Below, piece by piece: positions 24,929 to 37,400 of a DNA stretch of 64,000 bases. The DNA is taken from positions 16,540,795 through 16,604,794 of the forward strand of contig NC_092670.1 of assembly GCF_964355755.1 (NCBI RefSeq). Reading direction: 5' to 3'. Under the pieces are notes generated by a model that ran no database searches, had not been told where the DNA came from, and worked only from the letters and a program-made list of their open reading frames with translations. Numbering within the stretch: position 1 is the stretch's first letter; every line of letters starts with the position of its first letter. The stretch is from Antedon mediterranea (taxonomy: Eukaryota > Animalia > Echinodermata). Position numbers and translations under genes: made by a program.

Positions 24929-25519
24929 TATATACTTAAAATAAATACTGTTTGAAATAAATATATATGTTTAGTAATTTAATTAAATGTTAAAGTGAAT
25001 AAAAGAAAAACATAATGTTTTCCCTGCCATTCATGTGACACATCTAACAATATCCCACATACTACAGTATATTAATAGATACTACGTAGTACAGGCCTCT
25101 CTCTCTAAAGACCACAAACGTCCTAAAAGTTGTCCATGTTTTGTACATCATTGTATCATTTGATGACATGGCCTACGAGAACTTAGGGAAGATCGATGTT
25201 ACAACATTATTGATATATAAATATACAATCTTATATTATTGAAATACACATTATGTCATCTGTACAGGTTTCTTATATTAATTTATCTACATACCATTAT
25301 TGTACGGATATGGTATATTAATAATACAAAATAAGAATTTGATAAAACAAAATAATACCTTTTACTACATATAAAAATATTTGTGAGTAATTTTTAAATT
25401 GCAGTTTTAACTATATTACAACTTTATTATAGTAAGCTTATGCTACATCATATTCAACAGCACACTAATCAACCGATGAGGTATGGATAAAATAGTTTTA
25501 TCAAATCAACTGGACTTAA

Positions 25520-25701
25520 GGGTCTTTCACACCTGTTCCGGCACGGTTTCGGTCCGGTGAATCGAACGTCAATGTTTCGTTTTCAAGACGCTCCACGCGG
25601 CTATGCGCCAATCGATATGCGCGTAGCCACGTGAAAACGAAACATTGACGTCCAATTGTATATGCCGGCGCCGGACCAGAACCGTGCCGGAACAGGTGTG
25701 A
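25520..25701. mobile_element. GC-rich palindromic MITE (PIF/Harbinger-like)
   Basis: TCACACCTGTTCCGGCACGGTT...AACCGTGCCGGAACAGGTGTGA, with inner arms ACGTCAATGTTTCGTTTTCA/TGAAAACGAAACATTGACGT. Confidence 0.8.
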
Positions 25702-26153
25702 CTTATTGGCAGTTCCATCTCTTCAACACAGAAACAAAACAATTGGCCTTTTCCTTTCCTCATTACCATTCTCTATTCGTTAAATTCACCAAATCTACTT
25801 TCCTTTAAAATCAACTTAAAAACACATCTTTTTCAGAGTTTTTATTGACTTTGCTTTATTCTCACCACGGAGTAATATTATTACTCCATGTTCTCACACA
25901 GCGCCTTTGATAAATGTATGAATTGGTGTTATTTACATCATAAATTTCTGTTATTATTACTACTTAAAATGTTAGTGGTTTCATAACCAATCCACTAACT
26001 GTTAAGTAAGTCTATTTTATTCGATTCAACTATATTACCTATACATCTATCTGGATGAATGACAACTCATAATGTGGTAGACAAGAAAACAAAATGTCTG
26101 CACTTTTGCCAAAAATCCAATCACTATAAAAAATGCTTCCATGACTATCCCAA

Positions 26154-26520
26154 AGGCGGATCCAGGATTTCTGGTCTTTTCTCTCCATCTTGTGGTAGTA
26201 GGTTTTGATAAGGAACACCAGCTGAAAATTATTATTATTTGAGAGAACATCATCCACATGTAAGTTAGTGAATGATCATAAAAAAAGGATGTGATAACCA
26301 GAGGAAGAATAAACACCCATATCATTAATGTACAGTATACAGTTCTTCTACTATTACTACATTTATCACAAAATTATGTAATAGTTTTATTTTAAATAAA
26401 TTAATACAAAAAGTCAATAATTGTGATTGTCAAAATGGTGAGGGGTGTGGGGGAAGGGGATTGTAGTGGGGAGGAGCATGCACACATAGTTTTGCCCAGT
26501 TACATCCTAGGATCCGCCCT
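26154..26520. mobile_element. MITE with GGCGGATCC termini downstream of the CLEC16A stop
   Basis: AGGCGGATCCAGGAT ... ATCCTAGGATCCGCCCT. Confidence 0.6.
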
Positions 26521-26748
26521 TTACCAATTATGAATGAAGTCTGGATAGTCATGGAAGATTGGTACATAGCCATGCAAAAATAAGCTATACTGGTTCATAG
26601 TAGTTCAAATAAGTGCACCTCAAATTCTACTAATTTTCATGAGCGCAACATTGTTTAACTAAAAAGACTTTAAAAATGTGTGTGAGACCTACGACTTGTC
26701 TGAACAACAATTCCTTGTTACATGAATACATGTAAACTGAAATAGCAA

Positions 26749-29700
26749 TCAAATGTAGGCTTCTTCACGCAAACCAGCTGCACACTCTGTTGTGGAATCA
26801 GGTTGTTGTCCAGATTGTTGTTCTTTATGTAATGAAACATGAAGTTGTTGCTGATCAATAGATTCTTGATCTTGTTGTGAAGATGGAGGAAGATCAGTTC
26901 CTTCAATATCTTCATTATTGTCCTCAAGTTCAATAGGCTTGTTATTTGATCCAATGTTTGTTTGTTCTTGTTCTGCTGATTCAAAATCATCTTTTTGGTC
27001 ATTATTGTCAGAGTTTTTATTTGGAACTTGAGTTCCCAAATGTTCACTTTCCAAATGTTCAGTGTCAACATCCATTGAACCTGAACCAGTAGATTCAAAT
27101 GGATCTTCTTCATACTCCTCTTGCAATGCTATCGGTACAGTCTCAGTAGACAGGGTGGTCATTTCAATAAAATGTGCTTCATCTGGTGTAGTGAGATCTT
27201 GAGCCATCTGTGTGAGTCTTGACAGAGATGCTGTGGCACTTCCAAGAGCTTGATCTTCACCAGGAACTACCTCTGCAGATGTAAGGTTTAAGTGAATTCC
27301 TGGGGGAGATTTGCCAAGTGGAATAGGAGAAGAATCACTATGCATCTCTCCACCAGGATGGCTTAAGCTTCTGACTCGAGCAGTCGAAGCTGGAGGGAGG
27401 ATCCTTGGTGAACCGCTCTGTGATTCAACAGCAGCGTCAGTTATCAAAGAAAGAGGTGGTGCTTGTGCTGGTGTCAGAGATGGTGGAGTGATATCTGTGT
27501 TTTGATGAATATGTAATTTTCTTGATGTTTCCACATGATTGTCTTCAACAAATGATGTGGTGGTGTAAGCAGATGGTGACATGGCATCTTGAGCTTCTTC
27601 AACCTCTGGAGAGCTATTTACTTTTGCTTTGGTTGATTTGACATGAGCTGGTGCCCCTGTCATTGCTACAGGCGGTGTTTTTCTATGAACGCCTAACAAA
27701 CGGTGCATAAAATTAACATGTTAGCAATGTGGGTGTTGTGCAACATAAATAAACTAAACTCATGAAAAGAACATGTGCTATAAATGTTGTTTTAGTAAAA
27801 TAGGTGTGAATGGGTGATGTCATTAAAATGTCTTAATGATAAATGTTGATCAATGGATTGACAGTCTTATGACTTACTTGTGACATTATGATGGGAACCA
27901 GTTGATATCATTTCTTTTCCATCAGACCTACAAAGACAAGACATGATGTTAGCATGATAGTCGTTTGACTGCTGTAAATTAACTGGAAGTTTCCTATGTT
28001 TTTTGGGTTCATTTAATTTTTCATTTCATTTATTTATTAATTTATGGTCAAACACAGTAAAATATGTACATGGTTTAAAATTCTTTTTTGTTTGTTTAAA
28101 GTTAAAAATTCACATAAAAATATGAAAATGAGTTAAAAAGGTTAAAATTTTGTAAAATACAAATAAAACACATCATTTAAAATACAGATAACATGCATAG
28201 TTTAAAATACAAAATACAAGCAAGATTTGTGTGTGTAAGGGAATAGCATAAAATGAACTGGTTGTGCAGTTGATGAAAAGACTATAATATAAGTTGGACA
28301 ATTGACTTCACTTAATACCAGGAATGGATTCAGGAATGTTTAAATTGGGAGTGTACTAACATAAAATATTAATAGTCTGTCAAAAATAGATTAAAATGTA
28401 GTTCCGTGACAATAAGCAATCAATATAGGTTGCATGTGCAGACATTATGCTGGAGGCTGCTTATTTTCCCTGTTGACTCAACCATTAATATGTTACATAA
28501 CCTTAGGTATAATATGAAGCCCTGTGTGAAATTATTATAAATATGATATTTCCTTCTATAAATTGATAAATTGAATCATTTTTATCCTAAAAGCACTATT
28601 AAGTAGAACAGAAAAGACCAAATCTAGGAATAAAACAATTTTTACATTTTGTTACCACAATAAATATATTAAATTAACACGTATAATAGCATAAATTTCT
28701 ATGATAAACTCATCAGTTGTGCTTTACATACTGTTATTATATTATAAACCAATCTAAAAAATACAGCAATAATTTTGGATCTGAATTTGACTATAAAATA
28801 TTATCGGATTGCAATAAACACATCGACCAATCAGGGAACTGCATTTCATATCAGATACAACATCAAGGCTTTTCCAAGAAATTTAACAATGCAACACATA
28901 CCTATAATTATGCATAATAAAAATATACTTGTATGGAAATACATGTAGTTTGTTCAGACCCACATTTTAACACATAAATCATGTTTCGACAGATAAAGTA
29001 TTATACAACAATTTTATGCTGGGCTGGGTGTGACTGGCGGAAAAATATAGACACGCATCACATAAAACACTAATATTAAATGAGTCTAAACAGATGTCAT
29101 ATCAGAATTGTTGTGTGTGTCTGGACATTTTATATATATTTATTATTAAACAATATTCCACAACCACGATGTCTGTTTACACAGGCATTTCAATACTGAA
29201 CATGTCTGAACAGTGGCATATATAACACCATGTGTAGATATCATCAATGTCTGATACACACATTGAAAACATTAAACACATTTTTTACAAACATATATTA
29301 TTAAATATTCTGCATAGTGTATTAAACAGTTAAATAAAATGAATATTTAAAATATTAAATCCTTCATTTCTAGAATGTTCTACAACATTAGATAAGTGAG
29401 TGAGCTTTATCATAATGTACAAATAATAATATCAGTTTCATTGAAAATGATATCGTTATCAGAATAGTGGCTAAATAAAGTTTGCGATCGATAGAAGGTC
29501 TTTACAACAACGGCTCAACACTGAATATTGATTGAGGGGAAAACCCAGGGTATTTCCAAACAAATTGTAATAATAAAACTACAAATAGCCATATTTAACA
29601 AAACCATACTGATAGAATAACAGTGAAAAATCAAAATATTAATTCTTTAAATACCTTTTGTATAATAATTAATATACATATAATGTTCTGGCTGTTTTAC

Positions 29701-32700
29701 TTTATCGTTTTGATTTAGCTTTTCGCTTTTTTTTTTGTATCTCCATTGAGATCCAGCCACTGATACCCACAGCATTGTCATTTTTTCAGTAATTTGCCTT
29801 TGGATTTATAATATAATCTACGGTATATATTTATTTCCACAAAAAAAAAAAATATATAAATGAATAAAAACTACATACAGAAGGAGGCCAGAGACAAACC
29901 GAGGATCCTTTTTTGTGAAACTATTTTGATAGTGTAGAAAGAAGTTTGTTGGAAGGATCATGATAGTTCGTGGCAAAACAAATACCCAAGATACCTATTA
30001 TGAGGCTTTGGTATTGAGATGCTGTTTTATGCTATCATAGAAAGCAGATCCAAAATTGTCAATGAATTATTCCATAGGTTAATTAAAATTAACCTATTAA
30101 AATTAATGAAAAACACAGGACAAACTGGACGAACTTCGTTTACAATTCTAAGGGCCAACAATTTATACAGACGAGCGGTAACGGTAATGAAAATATAGAT
30201 CTATGTTAATTCTTTATAACCATTTACACAAAGCGCAGGGCGGACAGGTGGTTTTCCGCTGAGGATAGATACAGGTTCTACCTGGGACAAGTTACACAGT
30301 TTTCCGCTTACTGTTACCGCTTGATTGTATAAATTGGTCTTTAGGCCATCTATTTAAAAATCCTGGATCCGCTACTAGCTCTATAAAACAATTTATATCC
30401 TTCTCTATCTATTGGTGTTTATCCCTATTTCAAAAACCAATAGACATTGGATAATGTGTTAATGGTTATTAATAACTTGATATGATACCATTGTTAATAA
30501 TCACATGCTAGTATCTTATATTGCCCCGTGTTTACTAATCTATACAAAGGTGTTTGCATGTTTGTTTCTCTCTCTCATGTTTGTTACATTTGTTTCTTTT
30601 AGACTTTACAATAGATTTCAAAATGGTACTCTTAATAGATAATGTTGTCCAATTGTTTTATTGTTTAATGTCCTTTTAACATATTATTTCAATCATTAAA
30701 TGTATGTCTTCCTTTGCAAGTCTGCAACAACCCCCACAAACAATTTCCAGATTGGGATGATACTAAAGCTTTTGGAATTGAATTTCACTTGAATTCATAC
30801 ATTTTCTTAAATCCGATTAAACATCAAATTACAAGATTTTGTTATAGGTTATCAGTACAAAAGAAGTTTAGAATTACAGCAGCTGAGCCAATATTAAATA
30901 AAGCAATGTCAGGCTGTGTTCACACTAGGCTAAAGAGTGCATACAGTAGAAAGAATGGAGTTAAACTAATCTGAATCAATCAATTTCCCAGTTTAATTTA
31001 ATTAATGTAGCTAGTTAGCCCAAATTGCTAGTCCAAATTAAAAATATAAAGCTGTATGTTAAGAAATCATTGCCTTTTATGATGTTAAATGAACCAGTAT
31101 GCAGTTACACAAACGAGCGTTTACAATTAAACATTTCTGTGACTTTTTAAAATTAAACCTCATGCCAACTGAACAGTTCCACATGAATGAGTGCAAATTT
31201 GGAAACTTACAATGTATTATTTATAGAACCTATATAACTTGTTTTGGATAATAAAATACATGTATTTATTATGAAGTGTTTAAGTTAACAAACATTGTAT
31301 CACAACAACAATGGAATACTATTATCATAAATAGAGACGTTGATTGGTAATGGTTGAGTGCAGGCTGCAATGCGGAGTGTTACTTTCTCAGAAGTAGCTA
31401 ATCACACTGAATAGCTGTAGGTCAATATGATTAACCAATTTAATATACAAGGTATTGAGCACTACAATCCTGATTATTAAACACACAATAGCTTCCTACA
31501 TCCTATATTACTTCTATTCATAACTACAGAGTAATGAACAAAATACACAAGAAAACAAACATTTTCATTTCTACAGAACTACAAAAGCGTTGCCAACCAA
31601 CCAATCACATTCCGAGTATTAGGAGTTTCCCGAATTCTACCAAGAGATTGTTTCTCTGCAACTGAAAAATTCCCAAACAAGCAATCGCATTTCTGTGTAT
31701 CTATAAATTTCCAAAATCCAAACCGTTTCTCAGCAACTAAAAATGAACAAACTTAATATAATCATTTTATGCACTTTAAAATAACCGCAGAACTACAAAA
31801 TTGCAAATCGTTTCTCAGCAACTAAAAATGAACAAACTTTTTTAATATACAGTACCGATAATCATTTTATGCACCACAAAATAACCACAAAATTACAAAA
31901 AAAGAATTGTACAAAAACTAGTTTTGCAGCTAGGTAATCTAGTTTATTATAAACAATTTTGTCATACAACATTTTAAAATGTTATAGGCCTACAAATGAT
32001 GAAGTTGATCAAATTGTAATAAAAAAAAACATTAGAAAATAACAAAATAACTGCAGAATTACAATAAAAAAACAAAATTGTACAAGAACTAGTCTTGCAG
32101 CTAGGTAATCTGGTTTACTATAACAAATTTTATCATACAAAATTAAAAAAATGTTATAGGCCAAACTGATGAAGTCAATCAAATTGTAATAATAAAAAAC
32201 ATCAACAAAAATAATACACATACATGACTATGATGATATTAATGTGAATAAAAGTGGTGCTTACGCCAGAAAAGAGAAAAAAAAATTTGTATTTAAAAAA
32301 TGTAGGCCTCAAACATCGCAGTCATTCAATATAAATAAAACAATTACCATAATATATACAGAAATATAGCAATACTTTAATCAACTTTGTCACTAGATAA
32401 TAATCAATTTATTTCATCACAAAATACATGGAAAATCTAGGGTCAATGAGGATTTTATTCAAAATAGTTTCTTGATTATGGCTTCTCTTATTATTTCTAA
32501 TGCATCTGGCTCTTGTACAATATATCATGCCTCATTGATTTTTCTCTGTAAGAATAATTTCTAATTCATTTTTCGCAGAAATTCAGATTACTGTAATGCC
32601 AATCCATCGTGTACGTGGGCCGTAAAATTTAATAATTTTCGTTTCACTCGATAATTTTATGCAATATGTAATGTTATATAACAAGTATAATCTGGCATTC

Positions 32701-34409
32701 ATATTAAAAATAAAATGTATAAAATGAATACATGAAGGAATGAATAAAAAAAGCATTAGCATCAACAGCTGTATATTGTATTATATTTAATATGAATAAA
32801 TAAATAAATTATTAATTACATAATGAATGAAATAACAAAGTACAACTGAGCCGAAACTGTAGATTTAGTTTGCCAATATGCGATCAAATTTAAAAATTAT
32901 TCTACTTCAATTACTGCAGTAACTACAATATGAAGTTTACAGTTCCTTTATTAAAATGTACTATATTATGTCTGTTATGTCATTAGCTACTGTTTTTGTT
33001 CTCCACTTTTACCAAAAATTGGATTAAAAAAAAATGTTTTTACCTGGAAAAACTGTAATTTAAAGCAAAAAAATGGTCAAATTGGCTGCCAGCCAGTGGG
33101 TTTTTGGTTGAATTTAACCATTTATCTTGATATTTTATAAGTGAAAACATTATTATTTTGTTTTTCTATTGAAGTGATTAACTTTATTAAAACTAGAAAA
33201 TAACCTATTCAAAGTCAGATTTATTAATCTTCATTTTTCATGTTTTTGGGGGACAATACATCTTTACAGCTGAATTGCCATAGTACCTGAGATATTGCTT
33301 ACTAAATATCTTACGACTATTACGTTACGTATATTTCTTTTTAAACTGTTAATCTCACTATAAATGGGTTTACATATGCGAGGTGTTTTAACTTGAACAT
33401 CAATCAGGTTCTAAGAAAACCTACCCTGACACATAAGAGCAACAAAGGGGAACTAATTTGTGTTTAGTGTTTATTATACATAGTTGACGTCACGGTACCA
33501 CGTAACATGCCTTTTTTTGCTACAGTATGCAATCCAGATTGCGGTCAAAGGCCTCGCAAGATTTGTGCTGGTTTCGGTACTGTAATCTTTCAAAACTTAT
33601 AATAATTTTTAGATTGATTTGCGAATATATATATGAACTGAAGATTAAATATACTTCAGAGAAAAAGGGATGAATACGTAGGAGAATGAATGATGCATGT
33701 AATATTCAGTGCATGTGGTTATTTTTTATTTCTAGTGTGCAATTGAAACATTTTTACTCCATAGATTAAACCAAATCAGTATGAGCTGTAAAATATCAGC
33801 ATCTGCTAGCACGCAAAATCTGCTGACGTCAGCAAATATCCAACAGACACACAAGTTCCAAGAAACTGCTCCTACTATCTGGCAAGTTGCCATGCCTGGA
33901 TAACATCTATAAAAGGTCAGATTGTACTCAATTTATAAGAATCATTGATGTTGACTTTAACCAGTGATAGATTAAGATAAAAGTGATGAGCATAATATAA
34001 ATATCATTTACATGCTAGACTTAATGTAGCCTGGATTAATGTGACTAATTCTTATGTATTAAATACCCCTGGATGTCTAAGTATTGCACTCATCATGTTT
34101 TTACTGCATGACTGTATATTGAAGGAGTTAATTATGTGACTAGCCACCCACTTTCTTGCATGGAATAGAGTGTTATTTCCAGCTGTCTAGCCTCCAGCAT
34201 TGCGGGGTGAAAAAGCTCTCTTGAAAATCTCAAAATCAAATGACCCCTTGACCTCAGACCCACGAATGTGGTATGCAGTACGAAGTCTTAATTTTATTGG
34301 TCGGGGGGTGGGGGGGGGGGGGGGGGGGATGGTGGTGCAGGGGGGTAGGGTTTAGTGGTTTATCTTTCATTTTTCCAGTGCATAAAAAACAAATTTCATC
34401 TTTACTATG

Positions 34410-34441
<32 letters not shown>

Positions 34442-37400
34442 CAAAAACAAGCGGTATTTTTTATATAAAGCCTTTAGTTTGGTTTGTTTTATTTGTTTAT
34501 ATTAACTCTATAGAACTATATTATTCATTAAACTTACACTACAGGTTCTAGTTTCAAGAAAACTATCGGAGCGTGCAAATTGGGCTTGACTGAACGTTTC
34601 ACAGTTTATAATAGACTTTGTGGAAAAGGCAATTTTAAATAGTATACAACAAAGACGATCGCCATTTTGGTGAACGAGTGGGTGGATTCAATCAATTTGT
34701 TCAAATGGAAATATACAAAACTGTTATGTCGATCAATTTTCATCATTTTAGCGTGGACTTACATTGTACACATATCAACAAAAAGGCTTCCCACTTAAGT
34801 AGTTTTAATAGTAGGCCTAAATAAATATAAGCCATTGTAATCTGTTTCTCTTTAGTTTGTATTATCTATATGTTTTACTACTACTACCCAGGGACTTGTT
34901 TTAACCAGAACAACACCAATCAGGTTGGTTGTCTTTATCTTTAATGCCCATACCAGGGTAATTAATACACAAAGTTATATAAAAATGATAAGTTCCAAGA
35001 AAGTGAAAAACTACCCTGGAGTAAGAAATGAGACACTTGAGTATCCATGCATTAGATCTGATAGGAACGGGTTATAGGGCAACAAATGGTGAATAAAGAC
35101 TGATTTGGGCTTACTGTTAGATCTGATAGGAACAGGTTATAGGGCAACAAATGCTTTGGCCTTACTGTTGGAAAGAGTTAGCTTTACTTCCAACAAGTTT
35201 CATTATCTGGAACATACTTTTAAATTATCTAAATAAGGCAATTGATTATTTAAATAATGTTTGGCTTTCAGGGCAGTGGCATAATGCAGAGGTGAGAGGA
35301 TCTGGTTTGTTAACCAGTCAGTGTCACAAAATTCTAATGCTTTTGTTCTTATTTATTCTTAAAGCTCCAGTTCCACTATCATTTCTTTTCTTCTATCTTC
35401 CAAAGGGACTTGTATTATAGACTTATTATTCATCTAAAAAAAGAGGGTTCATAAAAAGTGTGTCTTTATAAAAAAATATGTAGCATTAAGTTCACCTAAG
35501 TAGGCCATCATACTAAGCATTATTTATTTATTGCTTTAATGCTTAATTTTTGTTGAAATGAACAAAAGAAATCAATTTTAGAAATAAATCTTCTCTGCTC
35601 TGAGCAAGTGAATTATGCAAATGTTGTCCTTTATTTTACAGTTTTAAAACAAGAAATATTTTATTTCAGTCCAATAGACCTTAATTTAGAAAAAATGTCA
35701 ATTGTTTATACTTTTATTAATCTAAAAATCATTGTTGTGAAAAATCATATTGTGCGGAAAATATTACCAATTATTTTGCGTATTTATGGAGCAGGTTTCT
35801 AATAATTGTTATATTTCCCCTATAATTTATAATGGAATATTCCATTGCCTTGAAAATGTCAAATTTACTAATAAATTGGTTGTTTCTTGGAATAGTTATA
35901 ACAGAAATACATATATTTTAAATGATCATGACAATACCTGAATACCTACTGCTATCTATCTAGTTATAATTGGCATTAGTGCACAATCTTTTGAGCCTTT
36001 TGACTGTTCACATGCTGGGTTACTTAACCCGATTGCCGAAATAATAAAATAAATAAAATAAATACAGTCAACTCTTTCAATACCAGACGAACTCTCTGAA
36101 AACCGGAAGCTCTCCAAATACAGACATTTCTTGAGAGTCCAAAAGGTCCCAAATTTCTATTTACTATTAAAAACATAGAGTGAATACCAAAAAAACATAA
36201 CATATTGACCAGCCCAAAAGGGTCCGGTATTGGGAGTGTTGACTGTATTTTCATTCATGTGACTTATCACCTTCATCTATTGCCCCAATAACAATTGGGC
36301 CGACCCTGGATCGGCAACTAATAAGTGTACTGTATACAATATAATGCTTTTAATTATGTATCAACAGTAAAATACATGTTGTACTGGGATGTACGCATTC
36401 AATGTTCGCTATCATCTTGGTGTAAAAACAGTAAGAACAGTCGCGATCCACATCGCCGCTCCCGTATACAAATGTAACCTTATCTTTTATCACTGCTAGT
36501 GCTACACTCGGTTTCATTACTCATTACTCATTTTCTTTTAACCAATCACGATCCATAAAAAAAAAGTCAATTTAAAAATGCATACAATTTAAAAGTTGAA
36601 CCTTGAATCTCTCTAATCTATCTAATAGCTTGTTCTGAGAACTAATCGCGATAACAGCAATCAACCACTTCAGAAATCGAGCAATCACCGATAATCGTGT
36701 AAAAGTACGATTCTTTCGTCACAAAAACGTTAATAGTTGTTTAAAACCATTAACCTTTTTTTTAGAATTATATTTAAAATACCAAATATGGTAAAATATT
36801 GACGCAATTTCTGAGCAATTGTTAATTTCTTTATATTGAGTTCTAAGTATGCTGCTTGACAAATAAAACGATCACATTGTCTTATTCTATAGAATTCTTG
36901 AGAAAGAGCAATATTATACGAACAATTTGAATTATTTCTGAGAAGTGATTAAATAACTGAACATGGACATAATCTTAAAGTACAGTGACGCAAGATAATA
37001 AGGGTCATTAATAATAATTTTCCAAGTAATATTTTTCATGAAATATGACATTAATTTAATTTCTTGGTATTCATGGTAGAAACTGCCAAACCACCAAACT
37101 GAATTTGCCTCAAATTAATTAAAACCCAATGTTTACTTGATGATGCAAAATTCTTTTTCCGGAAAAACCTACCAAACGAATGCTAACAGTTTTGTACAAG
37201 GCTTAAGCTCTGTCTACACTAAAAAAAGTGTGATGTGCCCTAATATGGTAGTGATATGACATCATCATATATGGGCACATGACATTTTTTTTTGTCACAT
37301 AAAGTTGAACTGATGGATTTTAACTCAAGACCCTTGATTTTTTTTTCAATGTAAGCAAAGAAATCCTCAAACTATCATGAAATTAAATACATGCAATATT

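Noticed and set aside
26039-26325. Small hydrophobic ORFs as a possible DEXI homologue near CLEC16A
   Set aside because: There is no resemblance to DEXI as recalled. They are on the wrong side of CLEC16A and overlap a MITE.
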